A stretch of DNA of 63,234 nt, filler included, from Chrysochromulina tobinii (taxonomy: Eukaryota), in the NCBI GenBank assembly GCA_001275005.1. It is 6 parts of 6 records of this genome, joined end to end, with 100 filler letters (N's around TTAATTAATTAA, not from the genome) between each part and the next. Parts side by side here need not be neighbours in the genome. Positions count along the whole stretch, not along the records: positions 30,223 to 52,206 come from JWZX01001416.1; positions 52,307 to 56,122 come from JWZX01001420.1; 4 more parts are not named here. One strand, written 5' to 3'. A program made the translations under genes and the position numbers. How positions within the stretch are numbered: position 1 is the stretch's first letter; each line of letters begins with the position of its first letter. This document shows positions 46,889-56,222 of the stretch, in pieces. The notes under the pieces were generated by a model. It did not search any database, was not told the DNA's origin, and saw only the letters and a program-made list of their open reading frames with translations.

Positions 46889-48481
46889 TCATGGCACCTG
46901 CTCTCTCACGCGCGGCCCTGGCCACGGCTCGATCTCCGGCTCGATCTCCGCCGGCGTGCGCGAGACGAGTGGCCACCGCTCAGAGAGGGGCACTGAGCGC
47001 CGGCGGGTCAGCACCACCTCAGCGCTGAGGAAGACGGCATGCGACGTGTGCCCATGTACGTCCACCGTAGGCGAGGGAAGCGGGCCGTCCTTGACGTCGT
47101 CCTCGAGCGCGTCGTCGCGGTACGTGAACATGCGTACCGCGACGGCACCTCGAGCGACTGGCTCGACTGGCGGGTGGACGAGCAGCCTTGGGCGCACGCC
47201 GTGATAACCGCCCAGGCTGCGCGGCGGCATGTGAGGGATGAGGTCGCCGCCGACGTTGACCCGGAGCGGATGGAGCTGCCTGGCGAGCTGCAATCTCGTC
47301 GCATGCTCTTGGAAGGGTAGGTTGAACAGGCGAGGTGAGGCGAAGGTAAGCAACGTGATGCCCTCCTTCTCACCCAGCCGCTTGACGCGCGCGCACGTGC
47401 AGAGCAAGTCGACGGCGCACAGCTGTGCGAGCGCGCCCCCGAGCGAGTGGCCCGTGATCAGCAGACGGCAGCCAGGGATTTCGTCAAGATAGCGCTCGAG
47501 GGCACGACGCACGCGTGCGCGTGGGGTTGGATCTCCGAGCTGCTCGCGCTGCGCGTCTCCCGCGTAAGCCCTCCACAGCCCTCGGGTGCAGCTCGGCACG
47601 GCGCTGCGGCCGGAGAGCGGCAGGAGGGTCGGCTTAGGCGTCGAGCGTGCGGCATTCGTGACCGACACCGCCGCCTCCGCCTCCGCCTCCGCCTCCGCCT
47701 CCGCCTCTGCAACCCACGGCACCGGCACGAAGTAAAAGCTCAGGTCGGTTTGCAGGTAATCGTGCGTCGGTTTAGAGCCGCGCCAGCAGAGCACGATTAC
47801 TGGACGGCCCTCCGGGCAGCCGCGCGCCAGAAGCGCCACGCAGCACTGCTTCTCGCACCCCACGCCCGTGTCCACCCACTCGAGCACTCGTGCGCCGTAC
47901 CGGGCTTGCAGCTCAATCGCCCATGTGACGCGCACCAAGCTCACCTCACAAGAGAGAGGCGCCCCCTGCTTGCGCGCCACGTGGCTCAATTTCTCGGGCA
48001 TGAAGAAGGCTGGGCGCTCGCGGCACGTCAGCCTCTGGCGCAGGCTGGCGACAAGCGCCGGCGCCATCTGCGCATGGCTCTGCTCATCGATCGCGTCCGC
48101 TGTCCAGAAGCTGCCGTCCGCAGGCATGTCATCCATGCAGATCTGCTCGGCCAGCTTTGCCATGTCCGCCACAAACCAACGACGTGCGAGCAGCGGGCAG
48201 TGGTCACCGACCGGGTCGCACGGCGGCAGCCTGGGCATGCCACGTGCCTCGATGCCCGCTTTGCGAAACCTCAAGGCGCCAGCAAGGTAGCGTGTGGCAT
48301 CGCGGAAACGTGCACTCGGCGTGCGCGCACCCTGCACACTGATGGCCGGCGGATTTTGTGGCACGTCGGCTGGCACGGCGACGAAGGTGTCGGCGGTAGC
48401 TGCGGCGTTGTCGGCGTTCAATGACGAGCCGAGCCCGCGGCGCTGCACTTCTGGTTCTTGCTCAACGCTGTGGCTGCTCAT
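46889..48481 (-). CDS. Class 3 lipase (alpha/beta hydrolase)
   Basis: VLCWRGS, ITGHSLGGALA, TFASPR, DLIPHMP. Confidence 0.88.
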   Translation of the reverse strand: MSSHSVEQEPEVQRRGLGSSLNADNAAATADTFVAVPADVPQNPPAISVQGARTPSARFRDATRYLAGALRFRKAGIEARGMPRLPPCDPVGDHCPLLARRWFVADMAKLAEQICMDDMPADGSFWTADAIDEQSHAQMAPALVASLRQRLTCRERPAFFMPEKLSHVARKQGAPLSCEVSLVRVTWAIELQARYGARVLEWVDTGVGCEKQCCVALLARGCPEGRPVIVLCWRGSKPTHDYLQTDLSFYFVPVPWVAEAEAEAEAEAEAAVSVTNAARSTPKPTLLPLSGRSAVPSCTRGLWRAYAGDAQREQLGDPTPRARVRRALERYLDEIPGCRLLITGHSLGGALAQLCAVDLLCTCARVKRLGEKEGITLLTFASPRLFNLPFQEHATRLQLARQLHPLRVNVGGDLIPHMPPRSLGGYHGVRPRLLVHPPVEPVARGAVAVRMFTYRDDALEDDVKDGPLPSPTVDVHGHTSHAVFLSAEVVLTRRRSVPLSERWPLVSRTPAEIEPEIEPWPGPRVREQVP

Positions 48482-48726
48482 TGGTGGAGATGGAAGTAAC
48501 TTCAAGAACTTTAAGGTGTGAATTGGTGTCGAATTGGCTGTGAATGATCATTGTTTCTCCCACCCCTCTTCCATTTTCATAGAACGAATCCTGGCATCTG
48601 TCGGAAAAGCGAGTAATCAGTAAAAGACGCGCCCCCACTCTACACACACCTCTACACGTCACCGCCGTCTCAACGGCGAGAGCAGGGGGGACTCCACGCA
48701 GCAGAGCTTTCTCCGCCGAGGAATCC

Positions 48727-49536
48727 TTACGCGATCACCTTCGCCTCATTGCGCAGCTTGTCGACGAGCTCGTCGACGGTCGCCACCTTGATGCCCGCCT
48801 TGCGGCTTGGCGGATCGGCCATCTTGACGATCTTGAGGTGCTGCTTGATCTCGACCCCGAGATCTTTGGGGGTCGTCGTGTCAATCTTCTTCTTCTTGGC
48901 CTTCATGATGTTGGGCAGCGTCGCGTAACGAGGCTCGTTGAGGCGCAGGTCGGCTGTGATGACTGCGGGCAACTTCATCTTGATCGTTTCCATGCCGGCG
49001 TCGATCTCGCGGGTGACCGTCATCGACCCGTCGGCGATCACCACCTCCGAGGCGAAGACGCCCTGCGGCCATCCGAGCAGCGCAGCGAGCATCTGGCCCG
49101 TCTGGTTGGCGTCGTCGTCGATCGCCTGCTTGCCCAGAATGACGAGATCGGGCTTCTCCTTTAGCACGAGCTCCTTGAAGAGCTTGGCAACGTGCAGAGG
49201 CACCGTGTCCTCGTCGGTCTTCACGTGAATCGCGCGGTCGGCCCCCATCGCGAGCGCGGTGCGAAGCTGCTCCTGCGAGGCCGTCGGACCGACTGTCACG
49301 GCAATGATCTCCTTGACCACATTCTTCTCCTTCAACCGCACTGCCTCCTCGACGGCAATCTCATCAAAGGGATTCATCGACATCTTGACGTTGTTCGTCT
49401 CGACGCCGGTACCGTCGGGCTTGACGCGGATCTTCACGGCGTAGTCGATGACACGCTTTACGCCCACCATGACCTTCATATCCCTCTGGATGAGGCGCGC
49501 GACAGCATGCGATCGAGAGACCGAGCGACGCAGCAT
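48727..49536 (-). CDS. ETFB: Electron transfer flavoprotein beta subunit
   Basis: [49 protein letters not shown]. Confidence 0.97.
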   Translation of the reverse strand: MLRRSVSRSHAVARLIQRDMKVMVGVKRVIDYAVKIRVKPDGTGVETNNVKMSMNPFDEIAVEEAVRLKEKNVVKEIIAVTVGPTASQEQLRTALAMGADRAIHVKTDEDTVPLHVAKLFKELVLKEKPDLVILGKQAIDDDANQTGQMLAALLGWPQGVFASEVVIADGSMTVTREIDAGMETIKMKLPAVITADLRLNEPRYATLPNIMKAKKKKIDTTTPKDLGVEIKQHLKIVKMADPPSRKAGIKVATVDELVDKLRNEAKVIA

Positions 49537-49746
49537 TGGATGAGAGGATGCAGTCGTCCCTCACTGTAATCAGGCGGACAAAACGCCGACTTGAGCACAT
49601 CGACATTTTATAGACAGAGGATACTTAGTACCGAGATTGGGCATGGGCGACATGACTTGTACGGGCGCGCGGGCGAACCGCCTCACCCGCTCACTGCCGT
49701 CGAGATCCGTTTGATGGCCGCATTGATGGCAGCAGCTGCGGGCCGT

Positions 49747-51906
49747 TCACTCGGGGAGCGCGGCTCCAGCCGCCTCTACGGCCTGCACGAAGCCGGCGAG
49801 GCGCTCCTTCATGGCTGCGTACCGCGGGTCGCTCATGCTCGGCGAGGCGAGCACCTGGCTCAGGGCACTGGCAAGGGCCAGTGCGTCACGTCGGAGGAGC
49901 AGCGGCGGCTTCGGCCCCGCGTCGCCACTCGCGAGCATCCGGTCGTGCAGTGCGTCGCCCTTGCGGCCATACGCGAGCATCCGGTCCCAGAGCTGCTGCC
50001 GCGGCGCCTCGACGCTCGCAATGAACTTGGCGGGCATACCCTCCTTGGCCACGTCATAGTCCGCCCACGAGCCGTCTGCGTCGCCCAGCTTGCCCGCATA
50101 GCCCACGACGACGCTCCGCCCGCCCGCAATGGCGCCGTCGGCGGCGGGGCGCACAGTTCTGATCGTCTTGACGAGCTTGGCAGCCAGGCTGAACTCGGTG
50201 CACGCGCGCCGCTTCTCGCCGAAGAAGCCGCCCGCGCCACCATGGTTAAAGCCCAGAGCGACGGCCTTGGCGACCTCAGCATACTTTTCAATCTCGGATG
50301 CGAACTTGGGCGTCGTCGGGAAGATCTGCGTGAAAGCGCTCAAGTCAAGTTAAGTCAAGTCAAGTCAAGGCAAGGCAAGGCAAGGCAAGGCAAGGCAAGT
50401 CAAGGCAAGTCAAGGCAAGGGAAGTCAAGGGAAGTCAAGGGAAGTCAAGGGAAGTCAAGTCAAGTCAAGTCAAGTCAAGATCGGTGCGAAGCGCTCGATA
50501 AGGGACGCGAGCGCCGTGATGAGCACTGGCATGCAGGGGCAGGTCATCAGTGGCAATCAACGTACCTGGGCGAATCGCTCGAGGAGACCTGAGTCCTGGC
50601 GGACCATGTGCACCCGCTCAAGCAGCTGCAAGTCGACGAGCATCGACTGGAACGTGCCCGTGCCAAAGGCGTCCGGGAGGACTGTGTGGTTCGAGGTGAG
50701 GCTCCAAAACAGAAGGTGCCAGAAGATGGACGAGACGGGCATGTGGGCGTCGAGCTCGGGGTGCAGCGCGAAGCAGGCCATCGGCCCCTCGTGCGCGAGC
50801 GTGCCCGTCAGCCCGAGCCTGCTCGGAGGAGAGCCTGGCCCGTGGCCCACGCTTCCGAAGACGCGACCGGCGAAGAGGGACGAGGACGTGATGCCGCCGA
50901 GGGCCTCGCCAAAGTAGAGGTGCTGCAGAAGGTGGAAGTCGGGATGGGGCGAGCGCCGGCCCGAGAAGAAGGAGGCCCAGCCGCGTGGCGTCGTCGCGTG
51001 CACGTGGTGCGCGCAGCACGCGAAGTTGAAGCACGCCTCCCTGCACCAACCGGCCGCATCTGCGTCGCCTGTGCTCGTCATCGCCTCCGTCATGAACTGT
51101 GCCATGACCTGAAGCAGCGGCGTCTCGCAGAAGGTGCACCGGAACCACGGGCCCTGCACGAGCACGACGACCACGCCGTCCTGTACGACCGTCTTCGCCT
51201 CGACCGCCTCGCCTCCGCTGAAATCCGCGTCCTCATCCAGCAGGGTAAAGAGGCACAGGCCATCGAGAGCGCCGATCCACTCGTCGCAAACGGGCTGCAG
51301 CGCCTCCTCCATCGTGGCCGAGGGCGCGCCGCGGCTGCGGACGAGCAGCTCGAGCGTCGCGCGCGAAAACTTGCGCGCGCCCACGCGCCGCAGCGCCTCG
51401 CGAAAGGTGGCGAGTGATGTGTCGAGGTCACCAACGAGCGGCAGCTCGGCCACCGGCCACGCGCTGCGCACGTCGAAGCAGCCGAGGGTGCGCAGCTCGC
51501 CGCCGAGGTGGAACTGCGGCCGCCGGCGCAGCTGTGTCATGAACTGCACGACCGGCGAGGTGGGCGCTGTGCCGCACGGCAGCCCGCTGCTCGCCTGCGA
51601 GTACAGGTACTGCACGCGCGACATGACGATCTTGTAGTAGTCGTTGAAGTCGGTCGCCTCAAATTCGGCGGGCGGCGCCAGTGGCAACCGACCGATGGCC
51701 TCCTTGGCCCATTTGGAGAAGGCGAGCACGTGCGCGCGCGCGGCCGGCTCGTCATGCTGGAGGCCAGCTCCAGCCAGGGTCGTCGGCAGCACGCTCCACG
51801 TGTCGTCATCCGCCGTGGGCAGCGCCGCGATGGCCGCTTCGAGAGAAGCGCGGTCACACAAGTTGAAGCGCGGTTCCGAGGTGCGGGATTTCTTGGCGAC
51901 AGACAT
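49747..51906 (-). CDS. Nicotinate phosphoribosyltransferase (NAPRT/PncB-like); intron 50565-50326
   Basis: TDFNDYYKIVM, ETPLL, SGRRS, TSS, GTLAHE, PDAFG, RQDSG and GKLGD occur in canonical order. Confidence 0.8.
50341..50478. repeat. (CAAGT/CAAGG)n pentamer array inside the NAPRT intron
   Basis: Directly visible. Confidence 0.95.
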
Positions 51907-52412
51907 GCTCAGTACTTCGGGCACAGGTACTTCGGGCACAGGTACTTCGGGCACTCCCCGAAGCCTTTGAAAGGTTTTTCTCAAGGCTTTCCCACATGAA
52001 TGTGTCGCTCATGTGAGAGAGCATGCGAGCGAGAGAGAGTGCTGCTCTTTTTGCAGACGCTGTTCCGTATGAATTCATTCTCTTAAATTCCTCAGTGCTG
52101 TGAATGCAGGCTCACTCCCAAAACAGAAATGCAAATGCGCCCGCCGACTCTTTCTGCAGTCAGCATGCCTCGCGTCAACAAAACTCCGCAACCACCGCCG
52201 CCCCATNNNNNNNNNNNNNNNNNNNNNNNNNNNNNNNNNNNNNNNNNNNNTTAATTAATTAANNNNNNNNNNNNNNNNNNNNNNNNNNNNNNNNNNNNNN
52301 NNNNNNCTCTGGCGCATCGCGCTCCCATTCCTGACGGCGGAGTCGCGGGCGCATCCGCCAACTGCATGTCAACTCCTACTCTACCATGTGCTTTTTGGCG
52401 GATTCTAATACA

Positions 52413-53543
52413 TTACTTCCACGGAGGGCTCGCGGCAATCAGTTCGGCGCGTTTCACCCCATATGGACAGTCACAGTGGCGGCCGGGTGACCGACATGAT
52501 GCACTATGTTCCCAGCCTTCGGCTACCATGTACCTATGAACGCGTGCAAGCAAGGTGCTCTGGCGTCGAGCTCTGGATCCATTCAACGGGGCCGTTGAAA
52601 ACGGCGGCCTGGGAGCTCCGCCGTGGAAGTCCAGCCAGTACCCGGTGGGACCCCCTGCCTCGTCAACATCCACGTGGGGAAACGAAGGATCATCTGGGTC
52701 TGGAAGCCTGCGGGCGGAGTAGGAGTTGGCGGGGTGAGAGTTGGTGAAGATCTGGCAACCAGCGTGAATGCAGCCCATGATGTTCCACCATTGATGTAAT
52801 CCATCGTTGTGTCGGCGCTCAAGGCTGAACGAGTAGGAGTTGTCCCCACCCACATTCAGGCCCTGTTCGCCCGTGAAGATCATGCCCCTGTCCGTAAACT
52901 TCTCCCCACACCGCGCAGCCGAGCACCATCCACGGGAGATGTTCCAAAAGTATACCACATGCGAGACCCAGATGCAGGGTTCGCGTGGGTGCACAGATTC
53001 AGGGCGGCGTTCGTCCAAGTTTCGCAGCAAGGCATAGTAGTCCATGTTGGAGTACGTGCCAGCCCTGTTAACAAGCAGCTTGGCCTGGGCTTCTGTCACA
53101 GACGTGGGTGTGATATGGAACCACCCAGGGGCTGCTGGTGCTGCTGCATCAAAGTCCATATCCCAGGCCCATGTATCGCGCGTAAGCACAGCACGAACGC
53201 GGTCAATCTGCGGGGTGAATGCATTTCCTCTCCCACATTCGTGCCATGGTAGCCCAGCAAGTGACCACCCACCAGCAGCAGACCATGGTGACCACTGGGG
53301 AATCGTTGTTTTGCCTCTGAAACCTGTTGCACTTCTCTCCCTCTTCTTGCGATTCAATCTGCAAGGTGTTGGAGCAGGAGCTGCTGCTTCTTCCCTGGCT
53401 TGAAGTGCACGCAGCTGCTCAACCAAGCGCATGGCTGGGCTGAGCTCCTCCTCTTCTCCATCGGGACGCTCGTTGGATCTTCTCCATTCCTGCAGTGCAC
53501 GCAGCTCCTCAACCAAGCGCATGGCAGGACTGAGCTCTTCCAT
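52413..53543 (-). CDS. Module gene A, copy 2: putative HNH-like Zn-binding endonuclease, 376 aa
   Basis: W..S.GWCSAARC...SLERRHNDGLHQWWNI..CIHAGCQ; shares WSPWSAAGGW, WAWDMDFD and EP.IWV.HV.Y.WN with 26605-28137. Confidence 0.7.
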   Translation of the reverse strand: MEELSPAMRLVEELRALQEWRRSNERPDGEEEELSPAMRLVEQLRALQAREEAAAPAPTPCRLNRKKRERSATGFRGKTTIPQWSPWSAAGGWSLAGLPWHECGRGNAFTPQIDRVRAVLTRDTWAWDMDFDAAAPAAPGWFHITPTSVTEAQAKLLVNRAGTYSNMDYYALLRNLDERRPESVHPREPCIWVSHVVYFWNISRGWCSAARCGEKFTDRGMIFTGEQGLNVGGDNSYSFSLERRHNDGLHQWWNIMGCIHAGCQIFTNSHPANSYSARRLPDPDDPSFPHVDVDEAGGPTGYWLDFHGGAPRPPFSTAPLNGSRARRQSTLLARVHRYMVAEGWEHSASCRSPGRHCDCPYGVKRAELIAASPPWK

Positions 53544-53790
53544 TTCGCACGCGACGTCTCCAGGTCGTGTGAAGACAAGTCAACTCAAGCGTGGAATTGA
53601 CACACACGTTTTCTCTCGAATCATGTGCGTCGAATCTTTTTCGGAATGGTCTCTTCGTTGTCCATCCCCCCCCTCCCTTTTTAACCCCCTCTATTTTAAC
53701 CACCCCCTATCCCCCTTTTTATCCCCCCCCCCTACTACCCCCAATTTTTCCAGAACCCCCTTACCCCCTATCCCCCTATTTATCCCATTT

Positions 53791-54004
53791 GATCCAGTGA
53801 TCCAGCTTGATCCACGAACTGATCCACTAATTGATCCACTGAACCACTGATGATCCACTGATCCACTGATCCACTGATCCACTGATCCACTGATCCACTG
53901 ATCCACTGATCCACTGATCCACTGATCCACTGATCCACTGATCCACTGATCCACTGATCCACTGATCCACGAATTGATCCACTGAACCACTGAACTAATT
54001 GATC
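53791..54004. repeat. (GATCCACT)n array (about 22 GATC), preceded by a C-rich tract at 53662-53787
   Basis: Directly visible between the divergent ORFs. Confidence 0.95.
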
Positions 54005-54149
54005 ATGAAAAAAAAGCGGTGCTTGGAGGAATTGGGGAGGAAATGTGTGTGTCGTTAATCGGCTGACCTTTTGTTGTTTCCGTGCTGACCCTTTCTCAAG
54101 AACACTCACGCGACGACCGGGAGCCACGATCGTCGCGTTCGACGAAAAC

Positions 54150-55934
54150 ATGGCGACGACCGATGAGAATCCATTACCTTGCACGCTCTGCCATATTTTG
54201 AGAGCCTCACCAAGACATCCATGCTCCTCAGCGCCAGATGAAGCGGCACCAAGGCATAAACCAAGGCTCATTTGCGTAAGGTGCAAGAACTTCAAGGACA
54301 GAGATTATAAGGATGAGGCGAAAGAGCTCATGGCAGCAGCAGAAGCACGAGCAGCGGAGGCCAGAGCCAGAGCACAGGCTGCACGAGTGGAAGGAGCAGC
54401 AGGAGCACCAGCACCAGCACCAGCACCAGCACCAGCACCAGCTGCACCAGGACCAGCACCAGCAGAAGGTTTTGACCGCGAGCTTGCGCACAACGATGCA
54501 CCAGGAGCAGCACCAGGAGCAGCACCAGGACCAGGACCAGGACCAGCAGCAGCTCCAACTCCAGCGCCAGCGCCAGCTCCAGCTCATCAGCCTGCTCATC
54601 AGCGTGCTCAGCCTGCAGTACCTGAGCAACCTGCAGTCCTCGAGCAGCAGCCTGCAGCTGATCAGCAGCCTGCAGTCCTCGAGCAGCAGCCTGCAGCTGA
54701 TCAGCAGCCTGGGCCTGATCATCAGCCTGAGCCTGGTCATCAGCGTGGGCCTGCTCATCAGCCTGAGCCTGCTCATCAGCGTGGGCCTGCTCATGAGCCT
54801 CAGCCTCAGCCTCAGCCTCAGCCTGCTGATCAGTATGCAGCATCTGAGCATGCAGAAGAAGACATGGAATTCGATCAACATAATGATGAGCTTGTAGATG
54901 AGCATTCATATGCAACCGGGCATGCAGCCGGGTATGCGAAGGGGCTTGCCGAGGGGCGTGCAGAGGGATCTGAGGTCACAGCAAAAGCAGAAGCCCGAGC
55001 AAGGGCAGCAGAGGCCACCGCGGCTAGATTGAGGGAAGAGCATACGCTCATGATGAGACAGTGTCAACAGATGCTCGAGGAGGGATGGGCCAACGCGGCA
55101 CGACGGCCAAGGCTACCGCCGGCGCCAACACGGCCACAAGCACCAGGGCCCGTCGCGGCTGCGGCTTCTTCAAGCAGGAGACGGAGTCCGGATGACGATC
55201 CGGAATACGTAGATCAAGAGGCCGATGCAGGTGAACCGCCAGCAGAGGGCCCGCGCAGGAAACAGCCGCAGCGCGCAGCTGGAGCAGCAGGAGCATCTAG
55301 GTACCCTCTGCATGATGATGGTGATGATGATGAGGAGGAGTTGCCTGCAGCAGCGGGCACGGGCAGATTTAAGCCGCCGATGGCCGAACGTGATTCCCTT
55401 TCAGCAGGCCCGACAGCATCAGCAACAGGAGCTCTAGGGCGCGGGCGCGGGGGCGGGCGCGGGCGCGGGCGCGGACGCGGGGTGGCATGTGTGGGGGGCG
55501 GCGCGGCAGAGGGGGTGAGCGGCAGCTCCAGCGATCCGATCATCCTCACATCGCCTCAAAAGAAGCGAATGGAGGTGAACCGCCAAGCGGCCGAGGCCAA
55601 GCGGGCCAAGGCCGCAAATGCTTCAGCGGCTGCTCCGGCCGCAGTGCCTTTCCAGGATGCCGACTCCTCGACCGCCCCGGGCCGCCCAGGCCCGCGGATG
55701 AGTCCACGCCTTGCCAAGGCTCCGCGTAGAAAGGATCATTGTGGCGGGTGCGGAATTCACATGCCATGGGACCCCGCTCTATCATGGCCAGACCCGCGGC
55801 ATAAATGTTCCTCCTGCTCTCACGTGGTCCATTCGGATCGCTGGATATGCGCGGAACTCGGCCGGCCAGATACCACTTTGATAGCATCCGAAGGTTTCTT
55901 TTACTGTGACGAGGTATGCCATAACATAGCATGA
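54150..55934 (+). CDS. Module gene B, copy 2: N-terminal Zn-ribbon, A/P/Q linker, coiled coil, RG stretch, C-terminal Cys/His finger
   Basis: ATG 54150 ([29 protein letters not shown]); SPRL followed by CGGC..CSSC..H..C..C..C. Confidence 0.75.
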   Translation: MATTDENPLPCTLCHILRASPRHPCSSAPDEAAPRHKPRLICVRCKNFKDRDYKDEAKELMAAAEARAAEARARAQAARVEGAAGAPAPAPAPAPAPAAPGPAPAEGFDRELAHNDAPGAAPGAAPGPGPGPAAAPTPAPAPAPAHQPAHQRAQPAVPEQPAVLEQQPAADQQPAVLEQQPAADQQPGPDHQPEPGHQRGPAHQPEPAHQRGPAHEPQPQPQPQPADQYAASEHAEEDMEFDQHNDELVDEHSYATGHAAGYAKGLAEGRAEGSEVTAKAEARARAAEATAARLREEHTLMMRQCQQMLEEGWANAARRPRLPPAPTRPQAPGPVAAAASSSRRRSPDDDPEYVDQEADAGEPPAEGPRRKQPQRAAGAAGASRYPLHDDGDDDEEELPAAAGTGRFKPPMAERDSLSAGPTASATGALGRGRGGGRGRGRGRGVACVGGGAAEGVSGSSSDPIILTSPQKKRMEVNRQAAEAKRAKAANASAAAPAAVPFQDADSSTAPGRPGPRMSPRLAKAPRRKDHCGGCGIHMPWDPALSWPDPRHKCSSCSHVVHSDRWICAELGRPDTTLIASEGFFYCDEVCHNIA

Positions 55935-55952
55935 CGTACCAGCATATGTAAC

Positions 55953-55998
55953 TAGTGACGAGATACTTATTAGTGACGAGATACTTATTAGTGACGAG
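55953..55998. repeat. 18-bp tandem repeat TAGTGACGAGATACTTAT, about 2.6 copies
   Basis: Copies start at 55953, 55971 and 55989. Confidence 0.9.
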
Positions 55999-56222
55999 TT
56001 CCATATAATTATAGCAAGTGACGACTTATTTATATTGGCGGACGCATGGGGCGCCATCGGGACAATTACAATACCAAGCAGATGAAGGATGTCGTCAGCG
56101 GCAAGCGGACGCGCGCTAGCTTNNNNNNNNNNNNNNNNNNNNNNNNNNNNNNNNNNNNNNNNNNNNTTAATTAATTAANNNNNNNNNNNNNNNNNNNNNN
56201 NNNNNNNNNNNNNNNNNNNNNN

